Part shown: in pieces, positions 1 to 13,400 of the stretch
Position numbering within the stretch: position 1 is the first letter of the stretch
Layout of the letters: every line of letters starts with the position of its first letter
Assembly: GCF_009914755.1 (NCBI RefSeq)
Contig: NC_060931.1
Length of the DNA stretch: 64,000 nucleotides
Origin: the human T2T-CHM13v2.0 reference genome, Homo sapiens
Direction: 5' to 3' (one strand)
The notes under the pieces: generated by a model
Database searches by the model: none
Seen by the model: only the letters and a program-made list of their open reading frames with translations
Told to the model about the DNA's origin: nothing
Position numbers and translations under genes: made by a program

Positions 1-101
1 CTGGGGTGGACTCCTCTATATAATTGTGCCTCAGAACAGCAAACTGGGTTCTGTGCCTGTCACCGTGAAGGGGGCTGTGCATGCTCCATACTACAAGCTG
101 G
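1..101 (+). CDS. TCAF1: TCAF1 internal coding exon, cut by the window start ([34 protein letters not shown])
   Basis: Open frame from position 2; donor G|gtgagt at 101/102 (phase 1); paralogous to TCAF2 exon 47011-47224 ([34 protein letters not shown]). Confidence 0.9.
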
Positions 102-332
102 GTGAGTGGGAGCTCTGGGTGCCCCTGAGGGAAGGGGAAGAACTGAGATGAGGATTCCAGAGAGCATGGGAGTCCAGGAGGTGACTAGAGTCTGTTTGGT
201 GCAGAAGGAGAGAGACACGGGCTAACAGAGGAATAAGGGTCAGCTTCCTTAGATTCAGCTTTGGGGTTGTACAGATAAAGACCAAACCACATCCTTGGAG
301 ACTTCATAGAAGGATAGAGAAAAGGGATATAG

Positions 333-635
333 CCTCAGCAAACTAACACAGGAACAGAAAACCAAACACCACGTGTTCTCACTTGTAAGTGGGAGCTGAA
401 CAATAAGAACACATGGACACAGGGAGGGGAACAACACACATTGGGGCCTGTCAGTGGGGTGGGTAGCGGGGGTGGATGGAGGGAGACCATCAGGATAAAT
501 AGCTAATGCATGCTGGGCTTAATACCTAGGTGATGGGTTGATGGGTGCAGCAAACCACCATCACACATGTTTACCTATGGAACAAACCTGCACGTCCTGC
601 ACATGTATCCCGGAACTTTACATTTTTTAAAAAAG
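333..635 (+). mobile_element. L1PA-type 3' end fragment in a TCAF1 intron
   Basis: Typical L1 3'UTR text (aaactaacacaggaacagaaaaccaaacacc...aacaaacctgcacgtcctgcacatgtatccc); degenerate TSD aga..agggatat.gc on both sides. Confidence 0.9.
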
Positions 636-748
636 AGGAGGGATATGGCAGTTCATGATTTTGTTGTTCTCTTCCTGGAGTCTAAGTTGTATGTTGTAAT
701 TTAAGGGATTTGGGAAAGGATTTCAAGCTCCATGGTCTCTCTTCCTAG

Positions 749-988
749 GGGAGACCACCCTGGAGGAGTGGAAGAGGCGTATCCAGGAGAATCCAGGGCC
801 CTGGGGAGAGCTGGCCACGGACAACATCATTCTGACCGTGCCGACCGCAAATCTTCGTACTCTGGAGAACCCTGAGCCGCTGCTCCGCCTCTGGGATGAG
901 GTGATGCAGGCTGTGGCGCGACTGGGAGCTGAGCCCTTCCCTTTGCGCCTGCCTCAGAGGATTGTTGCCGACGTGCAGATCTCAGTGG
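749..988 (+). CDS. TCAF1: TCAF1 coding exon, 240 nt ([35 protein letters not shown]...[10 protein letters not shown])
   Basis: Acceptor cttcctag| at 748, donor |gtgggt at 989; same length and phase as TCAF2 exon 47564-47803. Confidence 0.92.
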
Positions 989-1134
989 GTGGGTGCTCCA
1001 AGCAAACCCTCTGTGCATGCTGCCTCTGAGCGCCTTCCTGTCTTTCATCAGCCATGCAGTGGGCAGCCAGTAGGGGAAACATATTTTGCTAGCAAGACAT
1101 ATAGATGTATCCTTGTTATTTAAATGGGAAGGAA

Positions 1135-1317
1135 ATATATATAATATATAATATATATTATATATTATATATATAATATATATTATATATATTATATAAT
1201 ATATAATATATATTATATAATATATATTACATAATATATATTATATAATATATATTATATAATATATATTATATATATGTATATATGTATATGTGTGTAT
1301 ATATATATATGTATATA
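1135..1317. repeat. AT-rich (TA/TATAA)n microsatellite
   Basis: About 180 bp of nearly pure A/T short repeats. Confidence 0.95.
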
Positions 1318-2013
1318 AAACAGTTTAGGTCAGCATGTCAAGGACATCAAGAAATGCCACCTGAGCTTTCACAGGTATTCATCAGGGACTTCAAGCCGGT
1401 AAAAATGGCAGAGGGCCGTGACCTAGGTCAGAGTTGTTGGGTTGGAAAAGGGAATTTTACAACTTTAAGAACACACTGAATAAAGCGATCTTTGCCTATG
1501 GTCAAGGAACATGAAAAGTGAGGGAAATATACAGACATTAAAGAACCATGGGAATTTCTCTGGACCCTCATTTTCTTTCTTATACGGATGTTCACTGTAA
1601 ACTTGTGTTGATATGGCAACTCCATATCTGAACAATGAGAGAGGAGCTACCCTTAAAGAGCTCTGAATTTTGAGAAAAGGTTATAGTGACACAGATTCAC
1701 ATGGATAAGGCATCCTCATCAAAATAGAAAAATTGAATGGTAACATGAACAGCTCCTTATATATAAGCTGCATCTCCTTCCATAGCCACACTATTCTGGG
1801 TCAGAGTAGAGATGAAGGAATTCTTCCAGAATGAAAAGAGGAGAAGGAACACCTAGCAGGGTCTTGGTTTGGGTTGCTTTTCTGAGTATTATGGTGTGCT
1901 GGAATTTGGCTGGGGTTACTGAGTGTTTTGGAACACACACAAAACATAGAAGAATATTACGACTTAAATGGGGAGGACCCTAACTCTCTCTTCCCTCCTT
2001 CTGCATTTTCCAG

Positions 2014-2351
2014 GCTGGATGCATGCAGGGTACCCCATCATGTGCCATCTGGAGTCAGTGCAGGAGCTCATCAACGAGAAGCTCATCAGAACCAAGGGGC
2101 TGTGGGGCCCCGTCCATGAGCTGGGCCGCAACCAGCAGCGGCAGGAGTGGGAGTTCCCACCACACACCACCGAGGCCACCTGCAACCTGTGGTGTGTGTA
2201 TGTGCATGAGACGGTCTTGGGCATTCCTCGAAGCCGTGCCAATATTGCTCTGTGGCCCCCAGTTCGGGAGAAGAGAGTCAGAATCTACCTGAGCAAGGGT
2301 CCCAATGTGAAAAACTGGAATGCATGGACCGCACTGGAAACGTATTTACAG
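2014..2351 (+). CDS. TCAF1: TCAF1 coding exon, 338 nt, peptidase M60-like core with degenerate HELGR motif
   Basis: Acceptor ttttccag| at 2013, donor CAG|gtactg at 2352; encodes [12 protein letters not shown]...[12 protein letters not shown]...ETYLQ; same length as TCAF2 exon 48713-49050. Confidence 0.93.
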
Positions 2352-3824
2352 GTACTGGGCAAGAATGGCGGGTGATGGGGGACCCCTACTGCGGGGACCA
2401 TCAGGGCAACTATCGGATAATGTTCTAGTGGCCCAGAAGACCACCCATGGCCCCTGTCTCCCACACTGGGATATGGGAGGCCCTGACAAAGTCCAACTGT
2501 GACAGTCGTATTGATGATGTCTCTTAGTGCATCGCCTTGCATGACCCTCAAGTGGATTTCATTGCCTGAGCCTCACCTTCCACCCCATAGAGATATATGA
2601 TAGTAAATAGAAAGCACTGAGAAAGGTTAAAAATGGTAGAGACAAATAAAGTACTATACATATATTCACTCTCTCTGGCTTTAAAGCCAGACATACCTGA
2701 GACTGAAGCCAAACTCTCCTACTTAATAGCTATCTAAAACCAGTTCCCCCCAACCATACACATAATCCATAGGATATGACTTATTTTTTTTTTCCTTAGA
2801 TGAATGTACCATCTTCTCACTATGCCTTGGCCGTGCCTCAGAGCCCCCATTATGTAGGCAATCCAAGAGTCCTCACTGACCTGGACAAGGAGGTGGCCTT
2901 GCCTTTGACCAGTTGTTTAATGCCTAGTTCCCTCCCTGCAATGCCTGGATCAGTTCCTGGCATGAGACTGGAGAGTTTCATCACCTTGAATTTCAGAACT
3001 CAGTCTCAGGCCAAGCATGCTCTATTCTGGTTCTTCCACCTGCTGGAGGCTCTCTTATTCATTCCCACTGCCGTGAGAATTATGGGAAAACCAAGGAGGC
3101 TCCACTTTAACCTTGTTATGGCTGCTTTGCCCCAGGAACACCAAGTTTCTCATTGGTGAAATAAATGTGAAGTTGGTCTGGGGAACTGCTCAAGTGCCTC
3201 ATAATTCAAGCTCTGTAACTCAACAGCCTCAAGATGGCTGCCTTTTTCAAAAATTACAACTTATTCTTAATTCTAGTTACCCAGACAATCTGCAGTCTTC
3301 TACTTCTATCCAACTCACTTTTTTTCCCCAAAAGCCATTTTAATACCCTTGCACATTGACAAAGATCTATGATTAATGAGGATTTCTTTGTGCCAGGATG
3401 AGGTGGAAGTTTCCCTATTGTTGAGGTTTCACTTTTCAACTCTTGAGAAGAGGATTTTTCCAATTCTGCCAATTTCAAATCCTTGTGTAATATCCTATCT
3501 CTATTTGCGTGATCTAGTGGGATACGTGGGTAATGATACTGGTAGAAAATATTGATATTAATCATTGCAGTTGTTACCATGGCCCTCACTGATTTAGTAT
3601 CCACTTGGTGTTGAACACCGTGCTGGTCCCAAGGCCCTTCCTAAGATTAGAATGTGGAAGAGCAGGGCATGAGGCCAGGAGGCAAAATGGAGGAGAGCAG
3701 GTCGGTGATAGACGTGAAGCTGATGGGTAAGGGGTTACATATACTAAGTTCACTTATTATAGTGGTTGTTGTTGGACCCTTTTTTATTTCCAAATCTGAT
3801 CTGTATTTTTCTTTCTCTTCCCAG

Positions 3825-4079
3825 CTCCAGGAAGCCTTTGGTTGGGAGCCATTCATCCGTCTCTTCACCGAGTACAGGAACCAGACCAACTTGCCCACAG
3901 AAAATGTTGACAAAATGAATCTGTGGGTCAAGATGTTCTCCCACCAAGTGCAGAAGAACCTGGCTCCGTTCTTTGAGGCCTGGGCCTGGCCCATCCAGAA
4001 GGAAGTGGCTACCAGCCTGGCCTATCTGCCTGAATGGAAGGAAAATATTATGAAATTGTACCTCCTCACACAGATGTAA
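3825..4079 (+). CDS. TCAF1: TCAF1 last large coding exon ([10 protein letters not shown]...KLYLLTQM); ends at TAA 4077-4079 if unspliced, or splices after 4075
   Basis: Pyrimidine tract plus ccag| at 3824; 255 nt including stop, equal to the TCAF2 last exon CDS; donor AT|gtaagg overlaps the ATG-TAA. Confidence 0.93.
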   Translation, partial: LQEAFGWEPFIRLFTEYRNQTNLPTENVDKMNLWVKMFSHQVQKNLAPFFEAWAWPIQKEVATSLAYLPEWKENIMKLYLLTQM

Positions 4080-4589
4080 GGAGTGCCCATCGAGGTGGCA
4101 GGTAGAGAGGTTTGGGGAGGTAGGCAGAGGTGGGGATTCACTCCTCTACCTCTGCCTCCCAGGGTCTGGCCTTGTCCTCTTAGTTCATTGCCCTATACCT
4201 TATTACCGACTTCTGTCTCTAGGAAGTGGGTTCAGAACACAGCCAAAAGTGGAATCAGAATTTCTCAGGTGCAAGGGCTTCTGTTTCTGCATCTTGTTCG
4301 TCTGCTTTCAGCTGTCACATTCCCTCCTGACCCTGCACTGGCCCAGTTCCAAGAGCTTTGGCACCTGCTTCTATATCAGCCCTGGATTCACCATCATAGG
4401 TCATAGCCCAGAGGGGGTAGTTCTCATGTTGGCATCCTGAAGACTCCCTTTGGGCTTTTGTTTTTGAACAGTTGTTCCAAAAACTTGACCATAAAACTCA
4501 ACTGGAACACAAATTTACCGTGAGACCCAGATAGCTCTTGGATGGACTCATATATTTTGTGACTTGAGTAGTTTTCAAAGTAGACAAGC

Positions 4590-5095
4590 ATTCTGGTATA
4601 GTGGGAAGAGCCCAGAACTAGGTAGGGTTAGCTCTCGGGAAAGTCATTTCAACTTGGTACTCTCATTTCCTGTGTGTAAAATGGGGATAAAAATTCCCAG
4701 TTCACAGGGTTGTCGTGGAGGTTCAGAGTGATAAATTCTGAAGAGGCTTGTGAGGTCTGCAGAGCATGTCATCTAAGGGGATTTTCTATTTTATGCTGGT
4801 CCACAGGATAATGAGCTTACTACTTTCCATCCTGTCTCCAGAATTTAGAGGTTAGGATAACTCTCTCTACAAGTAGCTTCCCTGTGTTCAAATCCTGGTT
4901 CTTTCACCTACGAGTTGTATAACCCTGGCAATTTCCTTAACTTCTCTGTGATTTAGTTTTCTCATCTATAAAATAGGATCTATCTCATAGGATCATTGTG
5001 AGGATTACATTTTATAATACCTTTAAAAAGCAATGAGAACCGTCCCTGGCAGGTAGTAGGTGTTGAGAAAATGTCTGCTGCCATTATTATTATCT
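4590..5095 (+). mobile_element. Two MIR fragments
   Basis: MIR core-like text tcatttcctgtgtgtaaaatgggga and gttcaaatcctggttct...ttttctcatctataaaatagg; boundaries approximate. Confidence 0.6.
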
Positions 5096-5834
5096 AATTG
5101 ACTCAATACTCTTTATGAGCTAGACTTTATTTTTAGATGACATTTACAGAGGCAGTTGTAGTTAATCCTAGCCCATCTTGCACTTTATACAGCAACTTCT
5201 GAAAGGATTCTGCTATGTTGCCTTATGAATCTAAAGGAAGAACTCTAAATTCACAATGGGTTTTTTTAAATAGCTAAAAAATTTTGTTTCTTTTTAACTT
5301 AGATTTGTAAAGCTATTTATAAGAACCTCATTGTGAATTTGGAGCTCTTCCTTGGATCTCCTTATCCAATTGTATTTTACAGATCCAATTCCTTCTTTGA
5401 TTAAATCAAGAGTAGATGTCTTGAAGAAACCAGATCAATTCCATAATGACATTTGTCCTTAGCAAACAGAGGGTATCTGGTTTCATGACAGTGTTTTTAT
5501 TTCTGTAACACAGATTCAAGACATAGTGCCTGTCAAGAGTTACTCAACAGTTTGGCAGACGAAGTCCACACACATAGAGGACTTTACTCTGAAACAAGAT
5601 GGTTGGATAGAGTTGACCCAAACTTATTTCTTTTTAATTTTATTCAGAATCCCCTATTTCTTTACAGTTTTAACTAAAGTTGGGTCCTTTTGGTTGATGT
5701 CATATACATCCAGCCAGTTTTTCTTTAGCTCACTTTTTATTTTAGTTATTTTAATATATCATTTTATTTGCTTAATTGGTAATTGGGTAGATATGTAGAC
5801 TGTAAGATTTGACCTATAGAGTTTTTTCTTTGGA

Positions 5835-6096
<262 letters not shown>

Positions 6097-7032
6097 TAGA
6101 TTTCTTTGTCATGTTATTTGTCGGTCCTAGGATTATTTCTCCTGATTGCACAAATATCCATTGCCTAGGTGCTTTAAACATGAGACATTGGATATTTGTT
6201 CAACATTTAAAATAATTGTTATCAATTATTGGGTGTGTACCAGTTATTGTAGTGATTCCTTTCTATAGATTGTTTCATTTAATCTTCACAATAATCTCAT
6301 GACATGGCAACCATTATCACTCCCATTTTATTTTATGAACGAGAGAACTGAAGTTAAGGAAGATAAGGTAAATTATCTAAGGCTATATTGCTAATAAGTG
6401 GTTGATCTGGGATTTGAATTCAGGCATTCTGATTACAGAATGGGCATTCATAACTACAGTGCTTTGAATGACCCCATCAATGGGTAAATAAAGAAGCCGA
6501 CCAGCAAACCAAAGGATCATTATGTTCCTACTTGCCAGAGCTTTGGCTGCATATACTTACCTATCATCTACTTTTATCAGAACAAAAAATCATTTTGTTT
6601 ATCCCAAATGACAATTCAAAGAATTTAAGGTAGGCTCCTGAAGTGCTTCCCAATAGATAGTGCTGGAGTGAGCCCTTTAGCATCAGCCAGATCTTTTAGG
6701 TTCTGCATTACTCAAGTTTCAGTTATTCTTTCTAGGGTACCATGAAAGTGTTCTCTAGTTTGTTGGATTTTGAATGATGGACTATTTCAGTGAAGTGCCT
6801 GACTCCCAGAGATCCCAAACACTGCATGTTCTCAGAGAGGAAATTAGATCCTCCATCTTTGAGAATATGTGTATCCATCCTTGCCCTCTTTAATATATTT
6901 TTAGCAGTACATCCCGGGGATATATTTAAAATATAAAGTTATCCATGTTACTTCCGTGTCTAAAAGCCTCCACTGGAATTTCTAATTTGAGATAATGGAG
7001 TAAACATAAGTTTACCTTCCCTCCCTCCCCAG

Positions 7033-7042
7033 GCCCCACTGA
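7033..7042 (+). CDS. TCAF1: TCAF1 terminal exon coding part: (AT)G CCC CAC TGA, giving C-terminus ...TQMPH
   Basis: Strong tract accttccctccctccccag| ending 7032; joins in frame to the AT left at 4074-4075; agrees with my recollection of the TCAF1 C-terminus LLTQMPH. Confidence 0.8.
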
Positions 7043-7860
7043 AATTGAAGTCAAGAAATGCAAAAAGGAACTGACACATCTCAGCAAAGAAAACTGAAGG
7101 GATTTGGTTATAAGTGGAGAGGATCTCAGCATATTTCTGGAAGATAGAAAGTGGATGAAGCATGATAATGAAAGAGTGAAGAACCTTTCAGATAAAATGT
7201 AAGCTGATCTGAACAACATAACCCCAAAGAGACTTGCGCACCTGAAAAGCTTGTCTACTGAAGAATTACTCCAGTTGTAAGATTGAGCCCTCTCCTACTC
7301 TCCCCCAACTCTTATGCACAGAACACAGGCAGTCTCCACTATTGATACCAGTTAAAAATTTCTTGTTATTGTTGCTGTTGTTGTTTGTATAAAGGAATTG
7401 AACAGGCTGCTTGCAGAGAGATAAGAGTTGGTGCTCCAGAAAAAAATTTCTCTTCTAGTGGAAATAAGTGCCCCTACCCCCAGCCGGTCAGCTAATTCTC
7501 TACTGACAGCTGAGACCTCCTACTCAAGTGCCTGTTGCCTTCAGGTATAGAAGAGGTTTCCTGAAGAAACAGACCTAACTGTACAACAGCAGAGGAAACC
7601 CATGCCAACTGTTATACAAGTTAACAGTTATGTTGATTCTTAAATGGGAATGGTGAGTTAGAAATTCCCAGACATGGGCGATGGGGAGGGAAGAGGAATA
7701 AGAAAAGTCACGAGGTAGAATTAGGGGCCTTGAAAATATGACAAACTCTGAGGGAAACAAAGACAATGTGGAAAGAATAACTTAATTTTAATTCCATCTC
7801 CAGAGAGATTTGAGGTGTATTTAAGATGAAAAACAGGATACTACAAAGAAACGGAAAACT

Positions 7861-8082
7861 CAGGAGTTCGAGACCAGCCTAGGCAAGATGGCAACATCCC
7901 GTCTCTACAAAATAATTTTTAAAAATTAGCCAAGCATGGTGGCATGTGCCTGTGGTCCTAGCTACTTGGGAGGCTGAAGTGGGAAGATCACTTGAGCCCA
8001 GGAGTTCAAGGCTTCAGTGAGCCATGATGGTGCCACTGCACTCCAGCCTGGGGGACAGAGTGAGACCCTGTCTCTTAAAAAG
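7861..8082 (+). mobile_element. AluJ-like, 5'-truncated, in the TCAF1 3'UTR
   Basis: caggagttcgagaccagcct...cacttgagcccaggagttcaaggc...gagaccctgtctc. Confidence 0.9.
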
Positions 8083-8119
8083 CAAGAAAAGAAAGAGAAG
8101 ACTGAGAATAAGAAGATCT

Positions 8120-8790
8120 CTTTGAAAATAAAATAAGACTGCTAAAAGTATTTGGTATACAGTCTGGAAAATAAAGTTGAGGGAATCTCTCCAGATAAAG
8201 AGCAAAAAGAAATAGATAGAAAAATATAAAGAAAGAAAAAAGACATAGACAATCAATATGTAATGTTAGGAGTTCCTGGAAGAGAGAACAGAGACAGTGT
8301 AGGTGAAGAAATAAAAAGAAAAAGAATTGAAGAACAGAGCAAGCTAAGTCTCCAGATTGAGAGGGCCCAATACAATCTACATCTAGACACAATATTGTAA
8401 AATTTTGGAATATTAAGGATAGAAGGAAGATATTAAAGTGGCCAGGGAGAAAACAAATGAGGTCATCACGATTAGCTCAACACAAAAATGGATGAGAAAT
8501 AGACTGCTAACAGATTTGTCATCAGCAACACTGAATGCCAGAAGTCAATGGATCAACATCTTCAGAGCTTAAGGAAAATTTTTGTACCTAGAATTTCATA
8601 GTAAGGCAGACTGTCAAGAAGAACATCAAAGTGAAGACATTTTCTGTCAGGCAAATTTTCAGAAAGTCTCCTTTGCACCCTTACTGAGGAAGTATCTTGA
8701 GGAAATTCTCCAGCAAAATGAGGATGAAAACCAGGAAAGAAGAAGAAATGGGATCCATAAAACAGTGGACCTTACTTAGGATGTCTCATT
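8120..8790 (+). mobile_element. Ancient L1M ORF1-region remnant
   Basis: Degenerate L1 ORF1-like text (ctccagattgagagggccc, tcagcaacactgaatgccagaagtcaatgg, cctagaatttcata); boundaries approximate. Confidence 0.6.
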
Positions 8791-9778
8791 CTAGAGTGAC
8801 AGCCAAAAGGGTATCTCACCCTAGAGTGACAGCTATCCAGCAGACTAATTTCAGATGAGAGCATACTGTCTCGGGCTTTCTGGGAAGAATGTGCATTCAG
8901 TGCCATAGATAGTATCATTGAAGAGCTGGGATGCTTGAGAAGATTATTTAGTCAAGAAAAAAGAAAGACAAATCAACAATATGTCAAAAAATTCAGGTCC
9001 AATTATAGAGCAAAATAAAATGAGGCATGATTTTGAGTTATTCATGAAGAATAAGAAGAGGCTTGATAGGTACATTTCCTTTTCTATGGCACAGGCATGA
9101 TGATATTGGGTGTGTAGGGAAGAAAATATCCTAGCTTATACTAGGCTCCCAGTAAGAAGTATTTAAATAGCCAAAATAATGTGGATATCATTTATTAGTA
9201 TTCAATGTTCAGATCAGCCTATTAACAAAGTGTGAAAGGTTTCATTTTTTATTCAGAACTGAAGTTGAAAGTAATTAATGCTGACAAAGGGAAAGAAAGC
9301 AGAAAGAGATTGAGAATTAGAGGAAGAGAAGTGGAATCAAAGGTAGAGATACTTATATATTCAAAGTGGGGATGAAAAGATCTTCAGTTAATGGAACAAG
9401 AACTAGAGGATTAGTGTATTGTTCAAAGCTATAAAATCAAACCAATAGATGTATTAAAAAGTGATGTAACTATCAGACATTTGGAGAGAGATGGACAAAG
9501 GAAAGTGGCGATAGTGTAAGTTAAATCCTTATCTTTTGTAATGGGGAATTATTAAAGATGTTGTAAAGTCAGTAAGTCAAGAAATTATTGCTCAAACATA
9601 TTATTTAAAGTTAGAAAGTTACCAGACGATCTAAAATAAATATTGTTAAAAGCATTACCTCTAGGGAATGGGATTTAGATTTAAAAAGGGTGGGATGGGA
9701 AACTGTGTTTTTCATTTTAAGTCCTTCTGTACTATTTAATTTTTTACCTTGTGCATGTATTACTTTGAAAAAATTTTT

Positions 9779-9794
9779 AATAAACCCAAATAAA
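9779..9794 (+). terminator. Tandem polyadenylation signals AATAAA (9779-9784, 9789-9794), candidate TCAF1 3' end
   Basis: Two canonical hexamers at the end of an old L1 3'-end-like tract. Confidence 0.55.
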
Positions 9795-10041
9795 AATCTT
9801 CCAGTGACTTCACATTGATTAAGATGCAACCCAGCTAAAGCCTTTAAAATGGTTTTCAAGGTCCTCAAGTATCTAGGTCCACTTGATGTGTCCAGGCTCA
9901 TGATATCTCCCCACAAGTCTCTATTTCCAACCAGATTAAGTATCTTCCAGTTATTAAAACACACTTCACATTCTTTTGTTTGTATAGGTGTTCCACAAAA
10001 AACAAAGCCTACTGCTGATCTCACCATGTCTGCTGAGTAAG

Positions 10042-10059
10042 CTTACCATCTAGTGGGTT
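10042..10059 (-). promoter_or_regulatory. CTCF-like motif on minus strand (CCCACTAGATGGTAAG)
   Basis: Reverse complement of cttaccatctagtggg matches the CCACTAGATGG core. Confidence 0.4.
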
Positions 10060-10407
10060 TTAATATTTGTTGAATGAAGGAATGTCCAATACAGCATTGA
10101 ATGAAGTTTGCCAACTTCATTCTTTTCCAAGAAGGCCTTTGATGTTTGCCCCTGTTCTGGGAAACATTTCAAGAAGGACCATCCAGGGCCCTAAGCTTTC
10201 CTGCACTCCCCTTCATTTGACAGCTTTAATAAGTTTTAGTCTTATATGAGGCCAGCTAGTGTCAGAGCATTTCTGTCCATCTGTCAGTCTCCCTGGTGTA
10301 CTCTTTGCTACTTTCCCTGAACATCGTAACCTCTTTTCAGCTATTTTTAACCCTGTACTTGGGAGAAACAGCCAACTATCTAGTGGAAATCTTTAGGCCA
10401 CCAAGTT

Positions 10408-13400
10408 TCTTTTTTTTAAGTTTTATTTTACTTTTAATTGACTCATAATAATTGTACATATTTATAGGGTATAGTGTGATGTTTTGATACACGTATATAT
10501 TTTGTGATGATCAAATCAGGGTATTTAGCATATTTTTCACCTCAAACATTTATCATCCCTTTGTGGTAAGAACATTCAAAATCCTCTCTTCTAGCTATTT
10601 TGAAATATACAATATAATATTGTTAACTATAGTCACCCTACTGTGCAATAGAACACCAGAACTTATTCCTATCTAACTGAACCTTTGTACCTGTTGACCA
10701 GTCTATCCCCATCTCCCCTGCCCCACTACCCTCCCAAGCCTCTGGCAACCACTATTCTACGCTCTGCTGCTATTAAATCAACTTTTTAAATTATAGAATC
10801 CACTTTTGTGTGAGATTGTACAGTATTCGTCTTTACATGCCTGGCTTATTTTACTTAACATAATGTCCTCTGGGCCCAATTACGTTGCCACAAATGACAA
10901 AATTTCTTTTTATGGTTGAATAGTCTTCCATTGTATATATACACCACATTTTCTTTATCCATTCATCCACTGATGGACACTTAGGTTGATTCCATGCAAC
11001 TACTGTGAATAATGCTGCAATAAACATGGGAATGCAGATATCTCTTCCACATAACTGATTTTATTTCCTTTGGATATATACTCAGTAGTGGGATTCTGGA
11101 TCATATGGTACTTCTATTTTTTAACTTTTTTAGGAACCTTCATTCTGTTTTCCATCATTGCTGGACTAATTTACAACAGCATATGAGACTTCCTCTTTCT
11201 TCACATCTACCCCAACATTTGTTATTTTTTGTCTTTTTGATAATAGCCATTCTAACTGGACTGAGGTGATATGTCATTATGGTTTTATTTGCATTTCCCT
11301 GATGATTAGTGATGCTAAGCATTAGTATGTCTTCTTTAGAGAAATGTCTATTTAGGCATTTTGCCCATCTTTAAATGGAATTATTTATTTTTCTGCTATT
11401 GAGTTATTTTTCTATATATTCTAGGCATTAACCCCTTGTCAGATGCATAGTTTGCATATGTTTTCTCCCATTCCTTAAGTTAACTTCAATCTGTTTCCTT
11501 TGCTGTACAGAAGCATTTTAGTTTAATATAGTACCATTTCTCTATATTTGCTTTTGTTGTATGCTTTTGAGGTCTTATTCAAAAAATTCTTGCCGAGACC
11601 AATGTCATGAATTGTTTCTCCCATGTTTTCTTCTAGGATGCTTACAGTTTCAGGTCTTACATTAAAGTTTTTAATCAATTTTGAACTAATTTTTACATAT
11701 GGTAAGAGACAGGGGTCTAATTTTATTCTTCTACATGTGGATATTCAGTTTTCCCAGTGCCATCTATTGAAAAGCCTCTCCTTTTCCTAATGCATGTTGC
11801 TGACACTTTTGTTGAAAATCAGTTGGCTGTAAGTGCATGGATTTATTTCTGTTCTGTATTCTGTTTCAGTTATCTATGTGTCTATTTTTATACCAGTACC
11901 ATGTTGATTTGGTTACTATAGCTTTATAGTATATTTTAAAGTCAGGTAGTGTGATGCCTCGAGCTTTATTTTTGCTAAGGATTACTTTGGCTATTTGGGG
12001 TCTTTTGTGGTTCCATAGAAGTTTTAGGATTTTTTTTTCTATTTCTGTGAAGAATAGGGATTGCATTGAATTAGTAAATTGCTTTGGATAATATGGACAT
12101 TTTGACAATATTAATTTTTGCAATTCATTATTATCTTTCTATTTATTTGTGTCCTCTTCAATTTATTTTATCCATATTCTATAGTTTCCACTCAAGATGT
12201 TTCACCTCCTTTGTTAACTATATTCCTGGGTATTTATTTTATAGCTATTGTCAGTGGATTGCTTTCTTGATATCTTTTTTTAGGTAGCTTGCTACTGGCA
12301 TATAGAAACACTACTGATTTTTGCATGTTGAGTTTGTATCCTGCAACTTTATTGAATTTATTTATTCTAACAGTTTTTTGTGGAATCTTTAGGATTTTCT
12401 ATATATAAGATAATGTCATCTGCAAACAAGGACAATTTGACTTCCCCCTTTCCTATTTGGATGCCTTTCATTTCTCTTGCCTAATTGCTCTGGCTTGGAT
12501 TTCCAGTAGTATGTTCAACAAAAGTGATAAATGCGGCATCCTTGTCTTATTGCAGATCATAGAGGAATAGCTTTCAACTTCTTCAGTATGATGTTATCTA
12601 TGAGCTTCTCATTTATGGCCTTTATTGTGTTGAGGTATATTACTTCTACATCTCATTTGCTGAGAATTTTTATCATGAAGGGATGTTAAATTTTATCAAA
12701 TTTTTTTCTTTGTCTATTAAAATGATTATGTCATTTTTGTCCTTCATTCTGTTAATGTGATGTATCACATTTGTGATTTACATATGTTAAACCATCCTTG
12801 CATCCCTGGGATGAATCTCACTTGATTGTGGTGAATTATTTTTTCAATATGCTGTTGAATTTGTTTCACTTATATTTTGTTAAAGATTTTTGCATCTATG
12901 TTGATAAAGGAGATTGGCCTGTAGTTTTCTTTTTATCAAGTTATCCTTGTCTGGTTTTGATAATGTTGGCCTCATAGAATGAGTGTGGAAGAATTTGCAC
13001 CTCTTCAACTTTTTAGAATAGTTTGAAAAGAAGTGATATTATTATTTACATGTTTGGTAGAACTTAGCAGTAAAGTCATCAGTTCCTGGGCTTTTCTTTG
13101 ACGGGAGACTTATTATTACTGATTCATTCTTGTTACACATTATTGGCCTGTGTAGGTATTTTATTTCTTCATAGTAGTTCAACTTTGGTAGGTTGCATGT
13201 GTCCAGGAATTTATTTATTTCTTTTAGGTTTTCCAGTTTATTGGCATATAATTGCTCATAAAAGTCTTCTATGATCCTTTGTATTTCTGTGACATCTCCT
13301 TTTTTAGCTCTGATTATATTTATTTGAGTCTTCTCTTTTTTGTTAGTCTAGCTAAAACATTTGTTTATCTTTCAAAGGACCAACTTTTTGTTCTACTGAT

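Larger units (their letters stand above)
7043..9810 (+). other. TCAF1: Probable TCAF1 3'UTR, largely Alu and old L1 remnants
   Basis: Follows the stop at 7042 and ends at paired AATAAA signals; the 3' end is inferred. Confidence 0.55.

Noticed and set aside
1964-2292. Antisense and alternate-frame ORFs over the catalytic exon, similar in both paralogs
   Set aside because: Shadows of the conserved GC-rich sense coding sequence.
11866-12123. Minus-strand ORF with a recognisable protein sequence
   Set aside because: A fragment of decayed L1 ORF2, not a host gene.
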